Source: Ignavibacteriota bacterium (GTDB lineage Bacteria; Bacteroidota; Ignavibacteria; UBA10030). Taken from it: a DNA stretch of 64,000 nucleotides. The notes under the pieces were generated by a model, which saw only the letters and a program-made list of their open reading frames with translations, did not search any database and was not told the DNA's origin. Positions 40,823 through 50,618 of this stretch are shown here, piece by piece (within the stretch, counting starts at the first letter, position 1; each line of letters begins with the position of its first letter). Location: the NCBI GenBank assembly GCA_963701295.1, contig OY969585.1:512827-576826 (forward strand), given 5' to 3'. The position numbers and the translations under genes are program-made.

Positions 40823-42442
40823 TTAGATATGTTCCACTTTTACAAACTTCATCAGCGTAAGCCATTCTTGTGTTTCCTGCAACATTAGTTTCTCTGTATC
40901 GTGTAAAAGATCCTTGAACTTCTGAATTGTTGTCGTCTCAGCGAATTTGTGATCAAGTCCATTCAAAGCTGCGGCCATATCCTTGCTTCTTTTTTCCAAG
41001 CGAGCGTATTCACGATGAGTACGGATACCACCAATGGAGGCACCAACGACAGGCAGCACAATAGCGAGGAAGAATATTGGTTGCTCCAACCAGTTTGTCC
41101 CCTCCATATTGTTTAAGATCGTTGATAAAAGATGTATCGCTGCTATTCCTATTGCTATGAAAAATATTAGCATACCAAAATTTTCTAGCCTCTTGCTAAT
41201 CTTTCCAGTTTGATACGATTTCTTTAGGTGAAAATTAATTTGATCTTGGATGAATTGCTTCCGAATAAAGTCCACATGCGAATTTAAACTCTCTTTGCAG
41301 CATTTCTCCAAATTGCCTACTCCTCTTTCGATTTCATCAAATACGCGTATTGCCCAATCAATAGAACTCAATGATGATTTCATGTAACGTGGAATTATTA
41401 TTGGAGAGGGTTTTACTCCACATGAAATCAAAAAAATCGCTGAGCGAATACGCTCTACCAAGAACCTACTCTCTATCCATCTTTTGTGTGCTTGTTTCCT
41501 GTCTGTTTTGAATATGACTATAAATATGAAAAGCAAGACTATGAACTCAATGATAAAAGCAGGAAGAGATAATGAACGATTCAACATCCCCAGTGTAACG
41601 GCAGCAACGGCCAGTGGAGAAAGTATATACACCAGCAAACCCGCTGCAAGATAGCTCCTCTGATTGACCTTTGCTAAGATTGATGAATGTACATAGAATG
41701 GCAACAACTTTTCTCTGATACTATTTTTTACTTCATCAGGTATTCGCATACCTTCAGGCGTGTCAAACAAATTCCTGTAAACATTGTTGATATAAGTTTC
41801 ACGAACTTCCTCTCGAACAGAGAAACGATCGAACATATTAAGTCTTAATAAAGATTCACTATTTAATCCAATTCCTTTTTCTACTAAACAAATATTAGGA
41901 TCCTCTGATGAAAGGATAATGAGTGGACATTTCATTTTGCGCGTATAGGTTACTATATCAGCAGTCCCTCCCTTTCCTCGAGATGGCTTGCCATCCCATA
42001 TAGCGATGAGCATATCACAATGATCTACAATATATTGTCCAGTACCTTCATATGCTTTCTGACGATCTTTAGCGACATTTCTTTTCTCATGTAATTCCTT
42101 TAGCATGTCTTTTTTTATGATTATGTGATGATGGGATATCTGGTAGAGTTCTTCAAATTCTTTTTTTGATGTCAGGGTCTGAAAGTCTTTCACATATTCA
42201 TTCTTTGCAAAGGGCAGAATGACTTCAATTTCCGAATCAGGTGTCCTCATAATTTCATTTGCAACTAATCGATCCGCACCTTCCGCTAGCGCTGTGACAA
42301 CTGTAAATGCAAAAGGCGTTATAGACTTATACTTTGAAATCGGTTGATCAAACAACTCGTAGATTGAAGATTTTAGTATTTCCCTGACTTTGGAAGCAAT
42401 TATTTCGGGTTCCTTCAGGTACTCTATGACCTGTGACACCAA
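40823..42442 (-). CDS. SLOG-like Rossmannoid N-terminal domain fused to a C-terminal 4-TM SLATT-like membrane domain (predicted nucleotide-sensing membrane effector)
   Basis: N-terminal ...ALAEGADRLVANEIM...DHCDMLIAIWDGKPSRGKGGTADIV... is a LOG/SLOG/DprA-like motif. Four C-terminal hydrophobic helices. TTG start. Confidence 0.6.
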   Translation of the reverse strand: MVSQVIEYLKEPEIIASKVREILKSSIYELFDQPISKYKSITPFAFTVVTALAEGADRLVANEIMRTPDSEIEVILPFAKNEYVKDFQTLTSKKEFEELYQISHHHIIIKKDMLKELHEKRNVAKDRQKAYEGTGQYIVDHCDMLIAIWDGKPSRGKGGTADIVTYTRKMKCPLIILSSEDPNICLVEKGIGLNSESLLRLNMFDRFSVREEVRETYINNVYRNLFDTPEGMRIPDEVKNSIREKLLPFYVHSSILAKVNQRSYLAAGLLVYILSPLAVAAVTLGMLNRSLSLPAFIIEFIVLLFIFIVIFKTDRKQAHKRWIESRFLVERIRSAIFLISCGVKPSPIIIPRYMKSSLSSIDWAIRVFDEIERGVGNLEKCCKESLNSHVDFIRKQFIQDQINFHLKKSYQTGKISKRLENFGMLIFFIAIGIAAIHLLSTILNNMEGTNWLEQPIFFLAIVLPVVGASIGGIRTHREYARLEKRSKDMAAALNGLDHKFAETTTIQKFKDLLHDTEKLMLQETQEWLTLMKFVKVEHI

Positions 42443-42605
42443 TTTTGATCCGATAAGGAATATTGGATGGAGGCATGCTATTTTAGTTTCTCAAAATTAT
42501 AACGTATATGTATTTCTCGATTGGACAATCGCCTTACCTTTAGAAATGTTATTGCAATGACAAATCTTGGTTGGATATTAAGATAGGCACCGTAGTCCTA
42601 TTTGA

Positions 42606-45359
42606 TTATATGCTTACCTCTATCGGTGCTTTCCGCTCGAACGCCTCCAAAATAAGGTTATTCTTAACTTTGTCAAACGAGATCATCGTACCGGAAAGGT
42701 TGAACTGTTCAGGACAAGTACCTCGATATACACTGCCCTCGGATGTCTCGACGACCACAGGCGTTTCTATACAGTCCAGATCCACAGTGATACGTCTGAT
42801 CTCAGGAATACTGATACGCATCCAGCCGAGTGACTTCTCAACAAACTGGATATAGCCGTCATAGCCCAGCTTGTCAAAGTGCCCTACGATTGCACGGGGT
42901 TGTAACAGGAATTTCAGTAGAGAGGTGTCCCAATAAACTTGCTGGGGAATCAATGATGGTCTTTCCACCTCAGCAATCCGTTTGATCGTAAGGGGGGATG
43001 TTCTGTTGGTGCGGACGAGTGCAATCACAGCATCGCGGGTTACCAGACAGGGTCCCATCGTCAGGAACCTATAGTCATCATAATTCCCGAGCTTTCGTAG
43101 ACCTCCTGTGAAACAACCAATGTCTTTTGTTTCTATGGACATCTCGTTCTTCTTTGCGGTCATTGAGATAATCTGATCTGTCCTAATCTTGACTTCACCC
43201 AACAGATTATCGAGCACCGCAATTTCTTCGATAGTACCCCCTGCGGCATAGTCCAAAAGATAGCCAACTTGCCCTGTTTCGGAAATCTTGAAGAAAACCC
43301 TGTTGTCGTGAGAATCCACAAAAGTAGCATTCCAGCCCGTCAACCATATTTCCTTGCCACGCACGCTTGGTAACTGATACCAGGGCCAGCCATTCATAGA
43401 ATACTTTATGCCACTCCATTTGTCATCCATGCCCTTCTTCGCGTATTGCAGAGGCGTGCCCGGGAGGTAGGAAAAAGAGAGGACTTTCGAGTCCTTCGCT
43501 CCGATAGTAAAAGCTAGATCATTCGTTGCAAAAAGGAAGCGTTCAGAATTCGACTGAGTTTGTACACGCTCAGCCTGGACTTCCGACGCATCAGCTACCA
43601 CCTCCTGAGCCTGCTCCAGGAGAACTGCTCGCTGGGATGGTTCAACTTTCACAATCTCAGGAACGGGCGATGGTAACGATTTCGAGATATCTTTGGAGCT
43701 CGCTGCTTCCTTGTTTGCAGAAGGCCCCCCTGTTTTCCTGACCATATCGAAAATCCAGATATTTCGGTCGTCACCGCAGAACATCATGTTGCCTGATATG
43801 TGGGCTACATAGAAGAGACCGTCTTTTGCAAATCCGAGCCTCGGCTGTGTAGGTTGTGAGATGTCGTACACAAACAGTCGGCCACTATCGTTGTAGTATA
43901 GCCAATCATCGGATATATAGACTTGAACGCCAAAAAGGGTTTTGATTGTATGCTCTAAGGGCAGTTCGTAGCATGAATCGGACTCAAGCTCCTCTGGAAA
44001 ATTCTCGAGACTATACACGGCCAGTAGGGGACGAGAGGTTCTAAAGTCCTTCCCAAAAACGTACAATCGCCTGTTGCCAGAGACAATTCCTCCTGGGACA
44101 AGGCAACCGTCGGGGAACTCTACGGTTACCGTCTTGATCTCCACTACTTCTTCTTCCCTGAGGCGAACGATGCGTAATTGAGGATCTTTATAGTTGCCAA
44201 GAATCAAGTAGTCATCGAAGAGGGCGCCCGACCCTGCGCTGAAGTGAACAACACCGATTTCGCGAACATTCTTGCTGACTTCTTGCCGGTCAGAGAAATC
44301 GAGGACCTTAACGCCACAATTTTCTGAGTGGCACAAATCGATCACAATGTTCTTGTTATAGACAAGGAGTCCATTTCCGCAGTTATTGAAGATATTCCTG
44401 TGATAGTTCTCGAAAAACACTTCCTTCGGGTTCGTCGGATCCTTATAGTCGATGACTCTTATAGAAGCATCACGGCCTCGCAGCAATCCAATCTCCCCAA
44501 TGAGCTCAAACCACTTTGTGTCGATATAAGGAACAGGAAAGAGCGATATGAGTTTGGGTGACCGAGGGTCGGAGATATCAAACGCACGCATCCCGTCGTA
44601 CGTTGGCAAGAATGCGAGCGAACCGGATACAAGCAGGTTCATCGGATCCCCAGACTTCTTCTTGGAAATGAGATGCTCTTTCGCGGATGTACCAACAAGC
44701 TTCAATTCGACTGCTGTTCCGGATACCCACTCATTTTCAATAAGCGCGAAGCTGTCGTTTGTCGTGGTTTCATTGCTGACGATCGATTGAAAAGTCTCCG
44801 ATATTGGTGCAGGTTCATTCGATCTTGTTCCAATATGCTTCTGAGAAATAGATCGTTTCTCTGTTAATCGTTCTGATAGATTGCTACGTTGGCTGACAAC
44901 ACCATCAGTTGAATCCTTGTCTCTTAGCTCATCTGGAATCCCTTTGATTAGTTTTTTAAAATATGTGTTTTCATCAAGTTGGAACTTCAGGATTCCTTGA
45001 AGACGACTCATTCGCAAAACCATCCCCTCGGGCAACTTAACGTTTTCAAGAGAGACATAGAGAAAAGTCTTGTTTTTTATGATTGCGTAATTAATCTCAT
45101 CCTTGACATATTCTGATTCACGTGACCGCGCTGTGATGAAAACCAAAAATAATGAACAACCTTCTAATTGCTTCTCGATCACACTTGAAAACTCCGACGT
45201 AGCAACGATACCGTCGTCATACCAAATCCGGTAGCCCATAACATGCAGTCGTTTAATCTCTTTAAAAACGATATCACTGTCATCATGAGAATAGCTTACA
45301 AAAACATAGGGCTCTTTACCATCGTAAGCATCAAAAGGGGGTGAGATCTTAGTTGCCAT
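42606..45359 (-). CDS. TIR-domain protein fused to a large beta-propeller (LVIVD-like repeats)
   Basis: N-terminal TIR motif YVFVSYSHDDSDIVF...WYDDG...ESEYVKDEINYA. Recurring ...DISDPRSP... and ...YDISQPTQPR... motifs downstream. Confidence 0.75.
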   Translation of the reverse strand: MATKISPPFDAYDGKEPYVFVSYSHDDSDIVFKEIKRLHVMGYRIWYDDGIVATSEFSSVIEKQLEGCSLFLVFITARSRESEYVKDEINYAIIKNKTFLYVSLENVKLPEGMVLRMSRLQGILKFQLDENTYFKKLIKGIPDELRDKDSTDGVVSQRSNLSERLTEKRSISQKHIGTRSNEPAPISETFQSIVSNETTTNDSFALIENEWVSGTAVELKLVGTSAKEHLISKKKSGDPMNLLVSGSLAFLPTYDGMRAFDISDPRSPKLISLFPVPYIDTKWFELIGEIGLLRGRDASIRVIDYKDPTNPKEVFFENYHRNIFNNCGNGLLVYNKNIVIDLCHSENCGVKVLDFSDRQEVSKNVREIGVVHFSAGSGALFDDYLILGNYKDPQLRIVRLREEEVVEIKTVTVEFPDGCLVPGGIVSGNRRLYVFGKDFRTSRPLLAVYSLENFPEELESDSCYELPLEHTIKTLFGVQVYISDDWLYYNDSGRLFVYDISQPTQPRLGFAKDGLFYVAHISGNMMFCGDDRNIWIFDMVRKTGGPSANKEAASSKDISKSLPSPVPEIVKVEPSQRAVLLEQAQEVVADASEVQAERVQTQSNSERFLFATNDLAFTIGAKDSKVLSFSYLPGTPLQYAKKGMDDKWSGIKYSMNGWPWYQLPSVRGKEIWLTGWNATFVDSHDNRVFFKISETGQVGYLLDYAAGGTIEEIAVLDNLLGEVKIRTDQIISMTAKKNEMSIETKDIGCFTGGLRKLGNYDDYRFLTMGPCLVTRDAVIALVRTNRTSPLTIKRIAEVERPSLIPQQVYWDTSLLKFLLQPRAIVGHFDKLGYDGYIQFVEKSLGWMRISIPEIRRITVDLDCIETPVVVETSEGSVYRGTCPEQFNLSGTMISFDKVKNNLILEAFERKAPIEVSI

Positions 45360-45388
45360 AATTTAGCTCCAAATACTCTTTTAAAAAG

Positions 45389-47980
45389 TCAACTCAAGCT
45401 TGACACAATCTTATATTTTGCTTGTTTTAAAATATCAGGATATTTTCTTACGGAATTCCTGTCCTTCTCTTTGTTCTCTTCGGACAACTCGAGATACGGT
45501 TTCAGACAGTCATGTATTTTTTTTGAATCGTCTCGAGGTTTTCCACAGGTCCAACCATTTTCAATTTTATGGTCCATCCAGTCATTGTGTTCGGCTTCTG
45601 CAAGCATCTCAATGTTCGCTTCGATGATCTCCATAATCTCCACTATGGGTTGGGACTTTGAATAAGTCTCAGGTACTACATATAACCCTACCAGATCGAG
45701 TACATTAGGGATTCGAGCCGCGGCAGCCCGATTGTCGTCCTTGTAATCTTCTGATAATAAATCGAAATCCCGATTCATCTCTGACCGGATCCACTTTCCT
45801 TTTATTCCCGATTGCCAATAAAAATCGTGGACGAAGGGCGCCAGATCCTCCGCGTGGGTTTTGAACTTCAAATCCCGATTAACGATACCAATAAAATCTG
45901 CAGAATCTGCATGCATGGACAGGATCTCCTCAGACGGCAGATCGGATCTGCGTATTGAAGGAATGTCCTGCTTTTTCAACTGGAGGATAATTTTTTCTAA
46001 AGACCGGGCGCCATGTTTGAACCGATTGGTCTCAATGAGCGCTGAAAGGATACCATGGTCAATGGCCAGCGGTTCGGTTTCCTTCAATCCGAGCATTGCC
46101 CTGATCAGCAAGCCTCTTCTGACCGGGTAACATACGTCTTGGGAATCATCGATCCATTGTTGTTTTTTTGTATTGTAAGTCTGTTTCTGGTTCGGTCCGA
46201 GCACGTTCAAATACCCGCTAAGCCTGCTTATGAAGTCCGGACCTTTTTTCAATTTGAATTCATTCCACTTCTTTTCATCTGTCTCTTTTGGACCGAAGTT
46301 CTCCATATCATAGCTGGTACCGCCCGCGAACACAAAAACGCTTTTCCCAATCGGGTGTGAAATCTGACCCTCGAGAAATTTCCCATCTTGCATCGGCGCC
46401 AGAAGGTACTGCAACCATTGGTATTCCTTGGAATCAAATTCATCCCAGAACACAATCGGTAAAGTACCCTGAAGCACTTTATCTCTCACCTGATGGAAAG
46501 CCCCAATTAAAGCATCGGGATCCTTGAACTGAGATAGGTTAAATTCCAAAATGGGAACGTCTTTGCCGAGAATCCCTTTTGCGATCTCGCAGATTCCGAA
46601 GCTCTTGCCTGCTCCTGGAGGTCCGAACACAGCAAGGCTGAGCGGTTTCTTGCCTTTATCGTGATCTTTATAATCTATGATCATCGCGCGAATATTCCGC
46701 AGGCTTTCGATTTCATTTCGATCCGCGGTGTACAGTTTTCCAAATCGGGCACACGGAACCTGGGTCAACGCCTTGGGACCTTTAACAGCAACCCTACGGC
46801 CAATGCCAAAGAGTGGCCTTGGGTTTTTATGGATGCCTTCCAGAACAGCTGTCATAATCGTCCAGGTCTTGCGTTCTAGCTCGATAGACTTTTTGGGATT
46901 CGGTATCTGAATTATGGGATACCAAAATTTCGGATTCAGGACATCCTTAATCACATCGACGAGTGGGAATCCGGGGTTACTGCATCCCGCAGTCCCGTGC
47001 CCCGAGAGGTGCATGGTCCGCATCGCTGAAAGTCCTGCACGGATGCCTTCATAAATTGAATCTGAATGATTCGGTTGGAGTAGACGATCGATGATTCCTG
47101 AAGTGAGGCAGGCCATATAGCCGAGACCTTGTCCTTCAATTGGATCGCTCCATTCACGTTCAAGGTGTTCCGGATCGTAAACAAGATGAAAGATTTTCTC
47201 GCTAACGTTGTTTTCCACATGGAGCGCGCCTTCCGATCCGAAGTGAACAATGAGATGCCGGCAATTCAGCAGGGAATTAATTTCTGAATTGAAGCACAAT
47301 TCCTCTGCAAGTTCCAGAGCTGTTCGCTCCCACGAAATTCCCCTGCTCACTTTCACTTCTTCCCGTCGGATATCCCCGATTGAAACCACAACCACCAGCT
47401 TGTCGCGGAACTGGGTACTAAGATACCTCCACAGATCACCCTGACCCACTGGGCTTGACATTTTTAGGACAATCCACTTCAGTTCTTGTATCTCCTTTTT
47501 CAGAATCGACTTTGGCCATGCTCCCTTCTGTGTATTTTGCCTGAACCCAAGTCCACCGTCATCGATTACTACGACTGTGGGTTTGTTCGACGTTTCGGCT
47601 GCATGTTCCACGTAAGAGAAAGAAGATTCTATTTGACTACCATATCCTAGGGGCTGTGCCATTCTCCAAACTTTTTTATCCTTTTCAAAAGGAAACGGTT
47701 TCCAGAGTGCGTATCCATTCAAGGCCGCAGGAAGCTTTTTAAAAATATCATCTCTTAATCCGAACTGAACGTCAAACGGATTTTGAAGTTCTTTACTCTC
47801 AGATCTCTTTTTCCCTATTTCTTCGAGGATTCGAAAAAGAAGTCCAGCCCCGCCGTCTGTCGTTTGCTCCTGAGTTCCTGTTTTTTCTATAGCATTGGGA
47901 ACAAGACGTTCGCCCATATAAATTTGATGATCAACGACCACATCACCAGTAACTAAAACCGTTCTGGAGTTTCGAGGCAT
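45389..47980 (-). CDS. AAA+ ATPase with a C-terminal RyR (ryanodine-receptor-type) domain and a long N-terminal Rossmann-like region
   Basis: Walker A VFGPPGAGKSFG and Walker B IVFWDEFD. C-terminal EHNDWMDHKIENGWTCGKPRDDSKKIHDCLKPYLELSEENKEKDRNSV is the RyR-domain signature. Confidence 0.7.
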   Translation of the reverse strand: MPRNSRTVLVTGDVVVDHQIYMGERLVPNAIEKTGTQEQTTDGGAGLLFRILEEIGKKRSESKELQNPFDVQFGLRDDIFKKLPAALNGYALWKPFPFEKDKKVWRMAQPLGYGSQIESSFSYVEHAAETSNKPTVVVIDDGGLGFRQNTQKGAWPKSILKKEIQELKWIVLKMSSPVGQGDLWRYLSTQFRDKLVVVVSIGDIRREEVKVSRGISWERTALELAEELCFNSEINSLLNCRHLIVHFGSEGALHVENNVSEKIFHLVYDPEHLEREWSDPIEGQGLGYMACLTSGIIDRLLQPNHSDSIYEGIRAGLSAMRTMHLSGHGTAGCSNPGFPLVDVIKDVLNPKFWYPIIQIPNPKKSIELERKTWTIMTAVLEGIHKNPRPLFGIGRRVAVKGPKALTQVPCARFGKLYTADRNEIESLRNIRAMIIDYKDHDKGKKPLSLAVFGPPGAGKSFGICEIAKGILGKDVPILEFNLSQFKDPDALIGAFHQVRDKVLQGTLPIVFWDEFDSKEYQWLQYLLAPMQDGKFLEGQISHPIGKSVFVFAGGTSYDMENFGPKETDEKKWNEFKLKKGPDFISRLSGYLNVLGPNQKQTYNTKKQQWIDDSQDVCYPVRRGLLIRAMLGLKETEPLAIDHGILSALIETNRFKHGARSLEKIILQLKKQDIPSIRRSDLPSEEILSMHADSADFIGIVNRDLKFKTHAEDLAPFVHDFYWQSGIKGKWIRSEMNRDFDLLSEDYKDDNRAAAARIPNVLDLVGLYVVPETYSKSQPIVEIMEIIEANIEMLAEAEHNDWMDHKIENGWTCGKPRDDSKKIHDCLKPYLELSEENKEKDRNSVRKYPDILKQAKYKIVSSLS

Positions 47981-48308
47981 GACATATCTCCTGATTAAAA
48001 AGTTGTATTTATACTTTACACGTCAGTTGCGTTGATAGAATAATATTTTTCATCTCCGAGGGAGCTCACACCAGTAGCAAATGTGAATGAAACACATAGT
48101 GAATCTTGTAATAAATCTCGATAAATACAATTAGTCGTTTTAGTATTGACTACACATTATGCAGAGGTTGTAAAAGAAGATTATTAGACAGAAATAATCA
48201 TCTTGAATCACACCGAATTTCTGCAAATCTTTATGAAAAATAGGGGATTTGAATATATACAGAATCGCTTGGTCTGTAATTAAGCGGTGAGATTGATGGA
48301 TGCATGAT

Positions 48309-48377
48309 CTGACCTGCCCCCCAAAAAGTGATCCAATATAAATTTAGTAAAAAGTATATTGGTACTTGCCCCCATCG
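48309..48377 (-). repeat. Solo 69-bp remnant of the IS3 right end (inverted copy of 23925-23994)
   Basis: ctgacctgccccccaaaaagtgatccaatataaatttagtaaaaagtatattggtacttgcccccatcg is the reverse complement of 23925-23994 apart from one indel. No transposase follows. Confidence 0.8.
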
Positions 48378-48418
48378 TGGCAACAGAACAAACTATATTA
48401 ATAATAAAGGAGAGAAGT

Positions 48419-48631
48419 ATGGCACAGGAATGTGAATTGCTTGTTAAGTGTGGTTTTTTCAAGAAGTATCAAACCACAAAGGATTTGGCTTGCAAAGGTT
48501 TTATAATGCAGTATTGCACTGGACCCAAAATGAACGAGTGTGTAAGAAAACAATACCGTCAAGAACATGGTACACCACCATGTGACGATTTGATGCCTTC
48601 TGGTCAGATGATTGTAATTGGGAATAATTAA
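48419..48631 (+). CDS. Small Cys-rich hypothetical protein (70 aa, 6 Cys)
   Basis: Strong RBS (AAGGAGAG) 6 nt before ATG. MAQECELLVKCGFFKKY... Confidence 0.4.
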   Translation: MAQECELLVKCGFFKKYQTTKDLACKGFIMQYCTGPKMNECVRKQYRQEHGTPPCDDLMPSGQMIVIGNN

Positions 48632-48745
48632 TTTGCAAGGCCTTCTTACTGCTGCCTAACCAACAGCTCAAGCTAACGAAATTAGCGTTAGCACATTAAG
48701 CTTGGTTTGCAACGGTGCAGCGCAGATTTGAAAGTGTGCTATGCT

Positions 48746-48786
48746 AATAAAAAAGAAAATCTCGATGCGCTACTTAACATCGAGAT
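48746..48786 (-). terminator. Rho-independent terminator downstream of the rhodanese-domain gene
   Basis: Perfect hairpin ATCTCGATG-n10-CATCGAGAT with a T-run on the minus strand (A-run 48746-48758 on plus). Confidence 0.55.
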
Positions 48787-48867
48787 GGTGATAAGAATGA
48801 CTGATTTATGTGAAATATTCTTTGGATATGAAAATTAAAGCAAAATATTATATATACAAGTTTTCGA

Positions 48868-49623
48868 TCAACACCCGCCCTGTATCTTCTTTTGAACCTT
48901 CGTAGCTTTTGGCTGCTTATTCTTTGCGTCGGCGATCAACCGAGAAATTATCGTAGAAGCGTTTACACGAAATGTATTTACATCTGTATCCCACCGAGTG
49001 CCTGTGTTAACTGATTTGGGTGTAAGAATGGTGTGCTGGAAATTTTCCAAACCACCTTGCAACATTGCGATATTCTCATATCCTAATTCTTGCAAGAGTA
49101 ATGCCGCCGTCCTACTATCGTCTTCATTTGCACCTATGACTACTTTGGTCACACGCCGATCTGAAAGAATCGGAGTCAATTCTTTTCCAAATAGGTCTTT
49201 TACTTGCACATTGATCGAGCCTGGCAAGGCGAGTACTGCAAATTGTTCTGGCAAACGCATATCCACAACTTGTACGCTGCTTTCCTTGTCAATGATGCGA
49301 TATGCAAGCTCATCAGGTGACATGATCTTCACATTATGCGATGCACTGTATGATGCACTTTTGACTTTTTCTATTAAGCGTGCTTGACGAGACGGCAAAA
49401 ATAAAAACACAATACCCAACAAAATAATGCCAGCTCCGGCAATTTTATGCTTCAATGGTTTGAATTCCAATGACGGTGCTGAGGATTTATTCAATCTTTT
49501 TTCTATCACCGTCGTGATTGTGAAAGCACCGACTGCTACAGCAATAAGGATGAATGCAAATAATCCTTGCGAAATTCCGAGTGAATCAAATACTTTAATC
49601 GGTCCCAAGTGCTGTCGATTCAT
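48868..49623 (-). CDS. Membrane-anchored rhodanese-domain (sulfurtransferase-like) protein
   Basis: Two N-terminal TM helices, then a rhodanese fold ...VVDMRLPEQFAVLALPGSINV... The start is uncertain; the ORF extends to 49701. Confidence 0.55.
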   Translation of the reverse strand: MNRQHLGPIKVFDSLGISQGLFAFILIAVAVGAFTITTVIEKRLNKSSAPSLEFKPLKHKIAGAGIILLGIVFLFLPSRQARLIEKVKSASYSASHNVKIMSPDELAYRIIDKESSVQVVDMRLPEQFAVLALPGSINVQVKDLFGKELTPILSDRRVTKVVIGANEDDSRTAALLLQELGYENIAMLQGGLENFQHTILTPKSVNTGTRWDTDVNTFRVNASTIISRLIADAKNKQPKATKVQKKIQGGC

Positions 49624-50062
49624 AAAAAGTATGATAGAGCGGATAGAGTTCGCCGAACGCAAATACGCCCAAAATTCCGCCACCAACAAAGAACATAGCA
49701 TCGATCTTTCCGATTGCTGCTGCGCAGACCGATGTTCCCGGACAATAGCCGCCTATGATGAATCCGAATCCCATTATCACTCCGCCAATAATTGCAGGCA
49801 TCAGCCATGTTGGGTTAACATAAATGGATTGGAGGTCAAGGTAACCGAAATATGCAAGCAGTAAACTGCCGCTCATTGCCGTTACGGCCGCGGTGAAGAA
49901 TACGCGCAGTACGGTGAAATCATAACCATAAAATACTCCTGCCAATCGGCGTGAAGAGGAAAAACCGGCTTGCTCGAGCACAAAACCGAATGCAATGCCG
50001 ATGAGCAAGCCAACAATCAAATTTAATTGATCGGAAATAAGTTCAGGAACGAATGGTCCCAT
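49595..50062 (-). CDS. YedE-like sulfur-transport protein (YeeE/YedE family, second half-gene)
   Basis: MGPFVPELISDQLNLIVGLLIGIAFGFVLEQAGFSSS... with a GGYCPG motif. Confidence 0.7.
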   Translation of the reverse strand: MGPFVPELISDQLNLIVGLLIGIAFGFVLEQAGFSSSRRLAGVFYGYDFTVLRVFFTAAVTAMSGSLLLAYFGYLDLQSIYVNPTWLMPAIIGGVIMGFGFIIGGYCPGTSVCAAAIGKIDAMFFVGGGILGVFAFGELYPLYHTFYESTALGTD

Positions 50063-50073
50063 GGTCGTTTCTC

Positions 50074-50586
50074 CTATATCCACAACTTGCGGAAGAAGTA
50101 TGCAATCATATATCCGGATCCGAAGATCGCCATCATTGTTATGAAGCCGGCTGTCGAAAGTACAGCCATGCCGGTAAGTGCAGCACCACTGGTGCATCCG
50201 CGAGCAAACTGAGCACCGATTCCGAATAAGGCACCGCCAATTGCTGCGAATATCCAACGCGATTTAACGCTGATGCACGGACCGCCTTCACTCACGAATT
50301 TTAGCCTATCCGAAATCAATCCGGAGAGAAATCCGCCAATAAGCACTCCGGCAATTTCAAAGACAATCCATGATTTTAGGGGATTGTCTTTTCCTGCACC
50401 GACGTACGATCCATAGAATGATGATTGCTCGGCGTGTGCTGGTGCGACACCGTCAACCGTTGCCACAACGATGCTTTTGATTGCTCCACTGGCACCGAGG
50501 CCACGGCCTGTTACAAAAATTGCTGCCAGCAGCACAAGTCCTAAAAAAAAGCCAGCAAGATACGGATTCATATACTTCGTTTTCAT
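50074..50586 (-). CDS. YeeE-like sulfur-transport protein (YeeE/YedE family, first half-gene)
   Basis: ...GIGAQFARGCTSG... motif. 4 TM segments. Adjacent to its YedE partner. Confidence 0.7.
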   Translation of the reverse strand: MKTKYMNPYLAGFFLGLVLLAAIFVTGRGLGASGAIKSIVVATVDGVAPAHAEQSSFYGSYVGAGKDNPLKSWIVFEIAGVLIGGFLSGLISDRLKFVSEGGPCISVKSRWIFAAIGGALFGIGAQFARGCTSGAALTGMAVLSTAGFITMMAIFGSGYMIAYFFRKLWI

Positions 50587-50618
50587 AATTATCTCCTCAA
50601 AGACTCTTTTTAGATTTT

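Noticed and set aside
49595-50586. Overlapping ORFs that look like a frameshifted YeeE/YedE gene
   Set aside because: An internal Met (MGPFVPEL...) with the upstream stop gives two adjacent, complete half-size YeeE/YedE-family genes. This is a common native arrangement, so no frameshift is needed.
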